Positions 1 to 8,699 are shown, numbered from the stretch's first letter. The stretch is 26,134 nt of DNA from Candidatus Nanopusillus sp. (GCA_036845085.1 DAIUEN010000005.1:1-26134), one strand, 5' to 3'. Program-made: numbers and translations. The notes: generated by a model not told the origin, from the letters alone.

Positions 1-813
1 ATATTTACTCATTTCATATATTTCTTCTTCTTTAAAAAATTGATATAAATGTATTACACCGTGATTTTTTATTACAGGTATTGCTACATCTAAAAATGTA
101 TCAGCTTCTTTAGGTAATGGCATTATAATTCTGTCAAATAATAATTTATTTTTTTCTTTTTTTAATAATTCATCTATTTTAACTTTGTTCTTTATATTAT
201 TTAATATCTCTTTTTCTTCATAATAATAAACTTTTCTTAGTTCTAATCCAGATTCAATAAAATCTTTAATATATTCTTCATCATTTTTCAATATCCCTTC
301 CAAATCATTTAAATAATATAAATATGGTGTTACATCTCTCACATCTCCCAATAATGTTATAATATTTTTTGTTTTATTTATTTTGTTATTTTCTATTCCA
401 TACTTTACGGCAAAAGGATTTAACTCTATAGAATATATAGATTCTGCTTTAGAAAATTTTGATATATATATTGGATAAACATTTACACCTGAAAACATAA
501 CTAAAACCCTTTCACCTTCTTTTACTAATTTTGCAATTCTATATCTCTCATTGGCAAGTCTTGGAGAATAATATGATTTTAGTATATCTACTTTAAATTT
601 TAGTCCATATTCTATATTTATAGTTTCTGTTTTATTTTCCCCCCACAATATTTTATATTTTGGTATTCTGTATGGGGGGAATACATCTGTTTCTTGTAGA
701 AGTATTGTTTTTACGAATTTGTGTTTTTCTAATATGTATTTTACATATTCTTCTTCTGAAAATTTCAAAGGTTTTTTTATTATTACAATATCCCCAAGTA
801 TATCATAAGACAT
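1..813 (-). CDS. trm5: tRNA (guanine37-N1)-methyltransferase Trm5 / Met-10+ family, 3' end runs off the left edge (271 codons visible)
   Basis: Not in the ORF track because no stop lies in the window. My translation from ATG at 813: MSYDILGDIVIIKK...FKVDILKSYYSPRLANERYRIAKLVKEGERVLVMFSGVNVYPI...IELNPFAVKYGIENNKIN...LLGDVRDV...FDRIIMPLPKEADTFLDVAIPVIKNHGVIHLYQF. These are the D-I-x-G-D-I, SAM-binding and (D/N)R-I-I-M-x-L-P motifs typical of archaeal Trm5. The frame is open for all 813 nt. Confidence 0.8.
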   Translation of the reverse strand, partial: MSYDILGDIVIIKKPLKFSEEEYVKYILEKHKFVKTILLQETDVFPPYRIPKYKILWGENKTETINIEYGLKFKVDILKSYYSPRLANERYRIAKLVKEGERVLVMFSGVNVYPIYISKFSKAESIYSIELNPFAVKYGIENNKINKTKNIITLLGDVRDVTPYLYYLNDLEGILKNDEEYIKDFIESGLELRKVYYYEEKEILNNIKNKVKIDELLKKEKNKLLFDRIIMPLPKEADTFLDVAIPVIKNHGVIHLYQFFKEEEIYEMSKY

Positions 814-1061
814 ACAATAAAAATATCAAAAATAAATTTATTAACCAATAAGAAGACAATTTAGTAGAAATTTTTTATACTTTTTTTATATCATACAATT
901 TTATTTTATCTTTCTTAGGTTTAAATAAATATCTCTTTTTTTTCTTAAAATTTGTAATATACGAATTTTCTAGTTCTGTTATTTATAAATATCAAAGTTT
1001 AAGCTACTTTATAAATGCTCATAGAGATAATTTTTTAAAAATATAGGAACAATATTATATT

Positions 1062-1112
1062 ATGGCTAAGGGCAAGAAGAAGGAAGGACAAGAGGAACAA
1101 AAAAAGAAGTAA
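1062..1112 (+). CDS. Possible 16-aa lysine/glutamate-rich micro-ORF (MAKGKKKEGQEEQKKK) in a purine-rich, G+C-elevated patch
   Basis: ATG GCT AAG GGC AAG AAG AAG GAA GGA CAA GAG GAA CAA AAA AAG AAG TAA. An AT-rich TATA-like run (ttttttaaaaatata) sits about 15-30 nt upstream. The composition stands out from the flanking spacer. There is no homology argument. Confidence 0.2.
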   Translation: MAKGKKKEGQEEQKKK

Positions 1113-1185
1113 TTAAAAACTAAAATTTTTTGAGATATGTCAAATAATTAGGTCTGCATATAAGGCATATACTTCCTTTACTTTT

Positions 1186-3324
1186 TCAATGTTTGCCTTT
1201 AAAGGTTATAATAGGTTTTGTAACTTTGTTCTTGAGTTCTTCTAATAATTTTTCATCAATTTTATTAAATAGAGGTTCTGGTTTTTTGACTATATTTATA
1301 ATTGGATTTCTATCTAAAATTAGTTTTATTTCTTCAAAACTTTCAATTTTTATATCAATATATTCAAAAAATCTTTTAGAAAATCCGGGTGTGAATGGAT
1401 ATAACATAGTATATAATACCAATAATAGTAATACCATAGATTTTATGAAACTTTTATTTTTTTCTGGTTTTTCCCAAGGTTTTTCTTCTTGGAATTTTTG
1501 ATTTCCATAGTTTGAAAGTTCAAATATTTTCCTTAATGCTAAAGATAATTCTACTTTTTCCATTAGCTTATGATATTCTTCTAAATATTTCAGTACATCT
1601 TTTATAATATTTTCATTATAGTTTCCATCCAATTTACCATCATAATTTTTAGAAGCAAATATCAATACCCTATGAGTAAGATTTCCTATATTATTCACCA
1701 ATTCTTTATTTATTACTTCTACAAATTCATTCCATAAAAAATCTGTATCTTTATTTATTGGCAATATATAAGCAGTATATAATCTCCAATAATCTTTTTC
1801 TATTGGTGATTGTAATAAAGCATCTCCAAAAACACCCCAATTCTGGCTTTTACTTATTTTCCTTCCTTGATATGTTAAATAAGAAAAGCCAACAACATTG
1901 TAAGGTAAGGATATATTTATACAATCTGTTATTTCAAATAGATTACAATAATCATTACTAGTATTATTTGAAGCAATAATCATTCCAGGCCAAAATACAG
2001 CATGAAATGGTATATTGTCTTTTCCTAAGAAATGATATATTTTGCCTTTTGTCCAGAAGTCTTTCCAAGAAACATCCAATCTTATTTCATCTACTTTTTT
2101 ATTTAAGAATATATATTTTAATATTTTTTCTAAATAAAAGAAATTTTTATCTATTCCAGATAAATATAATATATTTCCTTCAATTTTATATCTTAATTTA
2201 TATCTTATTCCGTTAATATCTATTTCTAGTTCATTATTTTCATCTTTTATTTCTTTTACATCTTCTATATTTACATCTTTTACTTCTTCATATATATATT
2301 TTTCTCTAACTTTTTCAATAGTAAATGATATATAACCTATTAATGCATCGTACCATACATATAATACTTTATTTTTATATTCTTCAAAATGATTGTGGTT
2401 TGCAAATATTAAATCTACTTTTGGCCAGTAAAGATCTACTATTTCTTTTATTTTATTATATTCATCTTCATTAATTACTAGACCCTCAGATCTTAATGCT
2501 TCTATATATGTATATAAAAACTTTTCTTTACTTGTAAAGTCAAGTTTATTAAATATTTTCTTTATCGTTACATCCCACAATTCTTTATAAGGTACAGGAA
2601 CACCAAAGGATAAATCCCTTGTAATACTTCTTTCCTTTAATCCTTCTTTTATCCATGCTAGAGACATAGATATAGCTAAGTCTGTAAATATATTCTTTTT
2701 ACCCTCCAAATATTTCTTTATATCATTTTCTAATTTAGTTAGATTCAAGTATAAGTGTCTAGATTTTTTAAATATAATATTATTTCCGGTTATAGCGTTT
2801 TTTGGGTTTATTAAATCTTTTGCTGTTAATAATCTTCCACAATTTTCACATTGATCTCCTCTAGCATTCTCATATCCACAATATTTACAAGTACCTACTA
2901 TAAATCTATCAGCTAAAAATTTATTCCAAGAAGGATCATATGGTAATTCTTCCTCTTTTTCGGTGATATATCCATTTATATATGTTTTTATTAGTAGTTC
3001 TTGTACAACTTTATAATGTACTTTGCTATTGGATGTTTGACCAAAGAAATCAAAAGATAAGTCAAACCAATTATAAATATTTTTATGTACATTGTGAAAA
3101 AAATCTACAATTTCTCTAGGACTTACATTATTTTTTATAGCTTCAACTTCTGTAGCCGATCCATGATCGTCAGTACCACAAATGTATATTACTATATTAT
3201 TTTTAAGTCTATGATATCTTGCAAATATATCTGATGGTAGTAATGTTCCAGCTATATGTCCTAGATGTGGTACGTTGTTTACATATGGTAAGGCGGAAGT
3301 TATTAATATTATATCTTTACCCAT
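1186..3324 (-). CDS. metG: Methionyl-tRNA synthetase (class I), with large lineage-specific insertions
   Basis: HIGH-type motif PHLGHIAG near the N-terminus, zinc knuckle CKYCGYENARGDQCENCG, YVWYDALIGY, HFLGKDNIPFHAVFWP, and KMSKS variant GRKISKS. 712 aa. Confidence 0.95.
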   Translation of the reverse strand: MGKDIILITSALPYVNNVPHLGHIAGTLLPSDIFARYHRLKNNIVIYICGTDDHGSATEVEAIKNNVSPREIVDFFHNVHKNIYNWFDLSFDFFGQTSNSKVHYKVVQELLIKTYINGYITEKEEELPYDPSWNKFLADRFIVGTCKYCGYENARGDQCENCGRLLTAKDLINPKNAITGNNIIFKKSRHLYLNLTKLENDIKKYLEGKKNIFTDLAISMSLAWIKEGLKERSITRDLSFGVPVPYKELWDVTIKKIFNKLDFTSKEKFLYTYIEALRSEGLVINEDEYNKIKEIVDLYWPKVDLIFANHNHFEEYKNKVLYVWYDALIGYISFTIEKVREKYIYEEVKDVNIEDVKEIKDENNELEIDINGIRYKLRYKIEGNILYLSGIDKNFFYLEKILKYIFLNKKVDEIRLDVSWKDFWTKGKIYHFLGKDNIPFHAVFWPGMIIASNNTSNDYCNLFEITDCINISLPYNVVGFSYLTYQGRKISKSQNWGVFGDALLQSPIEKDYWRLYTAYILPINKDTDFLWNEFVEVINKELVNNIGNLTHRVLIFASKNYDGKLDGNYNENIIKDVLKYLEEYHKLMEKVELSLALRKIFELSNYGNQKFQEEKPWEKPEKNKSFIKSMVLLLLVLYTMLYPFTPGFSKRFFEYIDIKIESFEEIKLILDRNPIINIVKKPEPLFNKIDEKLLEELKNKVTKPIITFKGKH

Positions 3325-3325
3325 A

Positions 3326-5680
3326 TTATAGTAAATTATTTATTATTTCTTTTAAATTATTTCTTTCCCTATTTACCCAATGCTTATACAATAATGATAT
3401 TTTATAATATTTTTCTATAATCTTTTTATAATCTGGAAATATATTTAGTAATATCTTTTTAATATAATCAATTCTTTCATTACTGTATACATATAAAACA
3501 TTTTTTATTAATTCATTTAATATTTCTGGATATTTTTCATATTTTTTAATATTATTAGTTTCTTTTTTAATCAAATCTTCTAAAAATAATTTAGAAATCG
3601 GATTCAAAGACAAATAATTGAATATTTTTCCATGATACTTTAATTCTATTTCATTATTTATTAAATAATTTAAAAGTTTTTCAACTAATTCTCTTTTCCT
3701 AAAATTTGCTAATGACATTATCATTATTTCTTTTTCTTCACTGTTTTTACTTTTCCTATAAAGTTCTAAAAGCTTATTAAATTCTTTTAATCCACCATGT
3801 ATTGCTATATTGAATAAAATACCTTCTCTAATATTTGGATCTAATTTTTCATAATTTTCAAATTGTTCAAAACAAAAATCTATTATATGTTTATTATCTA
3901 AAATACCGTTATAGATTAGGTAAATGTTCTTTATTTTTTGTGTAATAATATCCTTTACTTCAACATCATAAAAAATATCTTTGAATTTATTTAATATATT
4001 AATTTCAAACTTATTATTTATCTCATATATGATGGAAAATATAACACTAAGTACTAGCCATGACCTTTCATTTTTTAAATAATCTATTATATTAAATAAT
4101 GTTTCCATATTTATCCTTCCAGTAATATTCAATAAATAATAGTCATAGATTAAATTAGCTTTATCAATATCATTAAATTCATTATTTTTTATACCCCGTA
4201 TTACATATTTTATAGAATCTTTATCATAATATGTTGAATAGAACCCTATAGAATCTTTGTTAAAAATAAAGAATTGTGGTTCTTTTTTTAGTAATATTTT
4301 TCCCTTATTTTTATTGAATGGTATGATTAAGAACTCTTTATCTATATACAAAAATAATGGTAAATACCATTTCTTATTTTCCTTTCCAAAAGCAGTCATT
4401 CTTTCTTGTTTTAGGTATATCTCTTTTTTCTTTGTATTTATACTTATCAAAGGATAACCTTCTTTCTTTATCCAACTATTAATTAAATATAAAATATCCG
4501 TTCTTCCAATTAGTTCAAATTCCTTAATTAAGTCTTCATAAGATGAAGAGGAATCTGTATATTTATTTATATAATTTATTATTGTAAGTCTGAAAAAATC
4601 TTTTCCATTATAGTATAAATATTTGTCTAACATTCTCCACAAGTTATATCCCTTTATGTGTAAATCTTTAGGATTAACAATTTCCTCCAATTTTTTACTA
4701 TATATATTTTCGAGGAAAAATAGATCTGAAGAAATATTTCCAATTTCTTTTTCTAAAACTTTATATGCCATATATTCACTCAATGAATCTATTAACCATA
4801 AATCTTTCCAATCTTTTATAGAAACTAATCCACCAATCCAATAATACCATAAAGATTTTGCTATATCTTTCATTAATTTTATTTTATAAAAATTAGAGTC
4901 TTTTTTATTATCATAACCCTTATTTAATAAAATAATTCCAAAGCCATTATAATTATATAGAATGTCCTCTATTAATACAATATCTAGTTTGTTTGGCTGA
5001 TATTTTATAGAGGAATATTCTTCATAAAACTCTAAAACTTTTTTTATCCAATCTACTAGTAATTCGTAGTTTTCATTATATAAAGAGGCAATTCTTATAT
5101 TCTTATTTTTATATTTGTCTGAAAAATATTCAAAATTTCCTATAACTAAAAGTAAAGAATATATAGGTATTTTTGGAGTATTTTTAAATTTTATTATTTT
5201 TTTGTTACCTTCTATTTCTATATAATCAGGTTCTGTATTGAATAATACATCAAAATTTTTATCTAATATAACTTTTAATTTGAATACAGATCTAAAATAT
5301 GGTTTTTCGAAGCAAGGTATAAAATATGAAGCATTTTTTAGAAGATTTGTTAATAATATATCTCTTTTTTCTATTTTATAAAGTCCTTTATAATCATCTC
5401 TTATTTTACCTTTAAATTCTATATATAGTTCAATATCATCAAAAATATTTTTATTCAAAAATATTTCTATATTTTCATCATTAATTTTTCTAAATTTTAG
5501 ATTTTCTTCTTCAAGTTTTACTTTTAATATATCAATTTCTTTTGCATTTATTATAATACTTTTTCTTGGTCTTTCTATGCTAATAATTATTCTTTCTCTC
5601 CCAAAATATTCTTTTTTTGATAAATCTATCTTTAGTTCTATATCATATATTTTAGGTTCTATACCTTCAGGAGTTTTCAT
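3326..5680 (-). CDS. M1-family (aminopeptidase N / tricorn-interacting-factor-like) homolog with degenerate catalytic motifs
   Basis: M1-like N-terminal motif FIPCFEKPYFRSVF (compare PCFDEP), overall length, and a helical C-terminal domain. The expected HEXXH-X18-E reads KDIAK...DLWLIDSLSEY and the GAMEN position reads YNYNG. The stop is 1 nt from the metG start. Confidence 0.75.
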   Translation of the reverse strand: MKTPEGIEPKIYDIELKIDLSKKEYFGRERIIISIERPRKSIIINAKEIDILKVKLEEENLKFRKINDENIEIFLNKNIFDDIELYIEFKGKIRDDYKGLYKIEKRDILLTNLLKNASYFIPCFEKPYFRSVFKLKVILDKNFDVLFNTEPDYIEIEGNKKIIKFKNTPKIPIYSLLLVIGNFEYFSDKYKNKNIRIASLYNENYELLVDWIKKVLEFYEEYSSIKYQPNKLDIVLIEDILYNYNGFGIILLNKGYDNKKDSNFYKIKLMKDIAKSLWYYWIGGLVSIKDWKDLWLIDSLSEYMAYKVLEKEIGNISSDLFFLENIYSKKLEEIVNPKDLHIKGYNLWRMLDKYLYYNGKDFFRLTIINYINKYTDSSSSYEDLIKEFELIGRTDILYLINSWIKKEGYPLISINTKKKEIYLKQERMTAFGKENKKWYLPLFLYIDKEFLIIPFNKNKGKILLKKEPQFFIFNKDSIGFYSTYYDKDSIKYVIRGIKNNEFNDIDKANLIYDYYLLNITGRINMETLFNIIDYLKNERSWLVLSVIFSIIYEINNKFEINILNKFKDIFYDVEVKDIITQKIKNIYLIYNGILDNKHIIDFCFEQFENYEKLDPNIREGILFNIAIHGGLKEFNKLLELYRKSKNSEEKEIMIMSLANFRKRELVEKLLNYLINNEIELKYHGKIFNYLSLNPISKLFLEDLIKKETNNIKKYEKYPEILNELIKNVLYVYSNERIDYIKKILLNIFPDYKKIIEKYYKISLLYKHWVNRERNNLKEIINNLL

Positions 5681-5695
5681 AATTTATTTAAAAAT

Positions 5696-6346
5696 ATGAG
5701 TTATATTTTTATTCTTATGATATACGAATATGATTTTTATTATGAAGAAAAAAAGGATAAACCGTGGCTTGTATTTATATTGATTTCAATATTGACTTTT
5801 GTATTTATGATATCACTTATTTATCCAAAAATAGCGTTAGAATATTTTACTTTAAATCCAATTTATATCTTTGAAAAACCATATCTTTTAGTTACTCCTA
5901 TTTTCGGAAGTGCTAATTTTAATCATTATTTATTGAATTCAATATCATTATTTTTCTTGGGATATGTATTTGAATATAGGTATGGATGGAAAAAATTTTT
6001 AATTCTTTTTTTATTGTCTGGTATTGTTGGAAATATATTTTTCATTATCCAATATTTTGGTAATCCATTTGTATTTGGCACTGGAGCATCTGGAGCAATA
6101 TCTGGAATTTTAGGGGCGTTGGCTGTATTATCACCTAGAGAAAAAATAATAATGTTTCCAATAATAATTCCCATAGATATAAAATATGCTGCATTATTAT
6201 GGTTTTTATTTAATTTTGTTGGAATGTTATTTCCATTTTTACCAATTGGCTTTTCCGCACATCTCGGTGGTTTAATTGCTGGATTTATTATTGGACATAT
6301 ATTGAAAAAGAAAGAAAAGGTAAGATATATTGAAATAGAATTTTGA
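5696..6346 (+). CDS. Rhomboid-family intramembrane serine protease
   Basis: Polytopic membrane protein with the catalytic GxSG motif (GASGAISGILGA) and a downstream AHLGGLIAG histidine motif. In-frame alternative ATG at 5717. Confidence 0.85.
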   Translation: MSYIFILMIYEYDFYYEEKKDKPWLVFILISILTFVFMISLIYPKIALEYFTLNPIYIFEKPYLLVTPIFGSANFNHYLLNSISLFFLGYVFEYRYGWKKFLILFLLSGIVGNIFFIIQYFGNPFVFGTGASGAISGILGALAVLSPREKIIMFPIIIPIDIKYAALLWFLFNFVGMLFPFLPIGFSAHLGGLIAGFIIGHILKKKEKVRYIEIEF

Positions 6347-6411
6347 TAATTTATAAATTACATATCTTAACAAAGAAAAAATATATAAAATATAATTTGT
6401 AAATATAAGTT

Positions 6412-6654
6412 ATGGTAACAAAACAGACAAAAGATCTAACTAACGAAGCAGTAAAAAAATTAAAGGAAACATTGGCTACAACATCGAACGAAACATTAAA
6501 AAAATATTATAACGACTTAAAGTTAAATATTATTCCTCAAACTTTATCTCAATATTTAAAATACTTATCAATTCATGATATTATCAAATATTTAGAAGAT
6601 GAGATGGAGATAAGAGGTTTGATTAAAAAAGCTAGGAAAATAGATATACATTAA
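6412..6654 (+). CDS. Hypothetical small helical protein (80 aa)
   Basis: Clean ORF in an otherwise stop-dense background, with K/E-rich helical composition. I recognise no motif. Confidence 0.45.
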   Translation: MVTKQTKDLTNEAVKKLKETLATTSNETLKKYYNDLKLNIIPQTLSQYLKYLSIHDIIKYLEDEMEIRGLIKKARKIDIH

Positions 6655-6658
6655 TTTT

Positions 6659-6922
6659 TTATATTATAGACAAAATTAAAAGAGCTATTAATATTATTCC
6701 AGATACTATTCCTAAAATTAGTATGATTGTCATAAAGAAGTTTAATAGTAAACCAATTATAAACATAATAATACCTAAATAGATTATTGACATAGGAAAT
6801 CCAACTGTAAACATCATTGCTATAATTATTAATAATAAAATGCCCAGTTTAATTTCTTTTATCATACTTAAACTCAATAATATTATTGATAGATATACTA
6901 ACCACATCAATAAATCCATCAT
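6659..6922 (-). CDS. Small polytopic membrane protein (87 aa, about 3 TM segments)
   Basis: Almost entirely hydrophobic (LMWLVYLSIILLSL..., IIAMMFTVGFPMSIIYLGIIMFIIGLLL..., ILGIVSGIILIALLILSII). Lies 10 nt downstream of the GT2 gene on the same strand. Confidence 0.5.
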   Translation of the reverse strand: MMDLLMWLVYLSIILLSLSMIKEIKLGILLLIIIAMMFTVGFPMSIIYLGIIMFIIGLLLNFFMTIILILGIVSGIILIALLILSII

Positions 6923-6932
6923 AATAAGTAGA

Positions 6933-8579
6933 TTATTTAGATATTTTTATAAGATTTTTGTTAACCATACCTACTGAATTGTTAGGATTATCCATAATAC
7001 CTACATATAACAGATCTTTTATATCTTCACTATAACTTTTCCTCATATGAACTAATTGCAATATTAGTATTATTGTTAGAGACAAAACCCATATCTCTAA
7101 AGGTAGTAATCCAATCATTATGACTTTCAAATAAATTATTATATATTCTAAGGATAACAACTTATAAACTAGAATATTTTCTATTATCCAATATGTATTA
7201 TAAACAAATAAAAATAGTGTTATAAATAAGAATATTGGTACTACTGTTATACCATAGATATCAAGGTAATAACTCTCTTTTTTCTTTTTAGTTACAATCC
7301 ATTGATTATAATTTCCAAATATTAGTGTTCTAATGTAATATATCATTGTCAAAGAAGACAAACCCCAAGCAAATAATAATGATAAAATAACTTCTAATAT
7401 TCTTGGTTTTTTGTATATTCTTTTAGCAGTTGTATAATATTCGAATAGCAGTACAGAAATTATATAAATTATTGAAAAATAAAAGAACCACGAATATTTT
7501 GAATAGAATTCAAAAGAAAAATCAATAAATATAGATAATATAGCTGATAGTAATAATGTAAAAGAAATAAATAATACTGAATATAAATTTGTAAACATTT
7601 GTATTAAACTTATTTTCTGAATGAAGTTTAGATTTTTACTTCTTAATATCTTGAATATATTTTTATTTATAACATCTGCAGTACCAATTTGCCATCTTCT
7701 CAAAGTTTTTATAGTCATATTAATATTTGGTGGGAGATTTTGTCCATATTCTATCCAATCTTTAATATATAATCCTTTATATCCATTAATATAGAATCTA
7801 ACTGTAAGATTAGCGTCTTCTGTTATATGTGGTGTAAAACCACCAACTTTTAAAAAATCTTCTACTTTTATTATACCACAAGAACCATGAACCATTGATA
7901 TATTTTCTAAATATTGCTTCGATGGTAATACTATTTCAAAAAATGTATCTACGTAAATACCAATAGCTCTATGTACAGTGTCTACACCAATAGTCCTTCT
8001 ATTCCAATATACAAATGAATAATCTGTATTCTCCAATATTTTTACAGCTTTTTCTATATATTCTAAGTTTACAGTCCATTCGAAGTCATATACTCCAAAA
8101 TATTTAATTTTACTTTTCTTATAGAAATATTTTACTGCATCATCTAAAGCAGCACCTTTTCTTTTGACACCACCTATTCTGAATATGTATATTATTGGAA
8201 AGCTTTCATATATGTAAAAAGTTGTATTTTCATCTACTACTTCTTTATATTTATTTGTTTTTATATTTTCCAAATATTTTATTAAATCTAATTCTTTTCG
8301 AGGGTCTGTATCGTCAATAAAAACAAAATTTATTATTATATTTTCATAATTTTTATAATTATTCTTTATATATTCTATCTTTTTTATTATCAAATCTATA
8401 GGTTCATTCTTTACTGGGAAAAATATTGGAACAAATGTTTCTTCTTTTATTTTCCAATTTTTATTTATTTTAAATTTACTAATTTTGTTTGAATTTAAAG
8501 TATATCTTAAATCAAATAAAGAAACTAGAACAATGTTTATTAATAGAAGTATGGCAGATATAAATGAAATGTCTATCAT
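6933..8579 (-). CDS. Family-2 glycosyltransferase, membrane-embedded synthase type (N-terminal TM, GT-A domain, C-terminal multi-TM region)
   Basis: GT-A signatures FIDDTD, GVYDFEW, HGSCGIIKVEDFLKVGGF, ITEDANLTVRF, and a Q(R/Q)xRW-like TLRRWQIGT motif. These are followed by about 5-6 hydrophobic helices. Confidence 0.85.
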   Translation of the reverse strand: MIDISFISAILLLINIVLVSLFDLRYTLNSNKISKFKINKNWKIKEETFVPIFFPVKNEPIDLIIKKIEYIKNNYKNYENIIINFVFIDDTDPRKELDLIKYLENIKTNKYKEVVDENTTFYIYESFPIIYIFRIGGVKRKGAALDDAVKYFYKKSKIKYFGVYDFEWTVNLEYIEKAVKILENTDYSFVYWNRRTIGVDTVHRAIGIYVDTFFEIVLPSKQYLENISMVHGSCGIIKVEDFLKVGGFTPHITEDANLTVRFYINGYKGLYIKDWIEYGQNLPPNINMTIKTLRRWQIGTADVINKNIFKILRSKNLNFIQKISLIQMFTNLYSVLFISFTLLLSAILSIFIDFSFEFYSKYSWFFYFSIIYIISVLLFEYYTTAKRIYKKPRILEVILSLLFAWGLSSLTMIYYIRTLIFGNYNQWIVTKKKKESYYLDIYGITVVPIFLFITLFLFVYNTYWIIENILVYKLLSLEYIIIYLKVIMIGLLPLEIWVLSLTIILILQLVHMRKSYSEDIKDLLYVGIMDNPNNSVGMVNKNLIKISK

Positions 8580-8615
8580 TTTATTTTTTCGATATATTTA
8601 TATTATCAGCCTTTT

Positions 8616-8633
8616 CTATATCTTTAGATATAG
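8616..8633. promoter_or_regulatory. Perfect 8-bp inverted repeat (ctatatct tt agatatag) in the leader of the GT2 gene
   Basis: Read directly from the sequence. It lies 37-54 nt upstream of the GT2 ATG (8579) and inside a 25-codon upstream ORF (8581..8658, minus). Confidence 0.25.
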
Positions 8634-8699
8634 TTCTTTTTACTATTAACTTAGTCATAGTAATAATAATTTAAAAAAAGTTTATAAAGCTTACTAAGT

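Noticed and set aside
660-851. 63-aa plus-strand ORF at 660..851
   Set aside because: It is antisense to the well-supported trm5 reading frame (1..813, minus). The hydrophobic translation is a shadow-frame artefact.
2065-2322. Intein or LAGLIDADG homing endonuclease in the second MetRS insertion (YLSGIDKNF weakly resembles LAGLIDADG)
   Set aside because: No Cys/Ser/Thr at an N-extein junction, no terminal His-Asn, no second LAGLIDADG block, and the insert is far too short for an intein.
1193-5000. Plus-strand ORFs from the track inside metG and the M1 homolog (1193..1501, 1758..1961, 2007..2216, 3219..3407, 4257..4457, 4623..4844)
   Set aside because: They lie entirely antisense to long, motif-supported genes. 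Their translations are low-complexity F/L/I/S/Y strings typical of shadow frames in AT-rich DNA.
5926-6174. Other antisense track ORFs: 5926..6174(-), 11245..11478(-), 11548..11826(-), 20643..20834(+), 21400..21708(-), 22257..22685(-), 24671..24859(+)
   Set aside because: Each is nested opposite a longer gene with recognisable motifs or coherent membrane topology. None has independent support.
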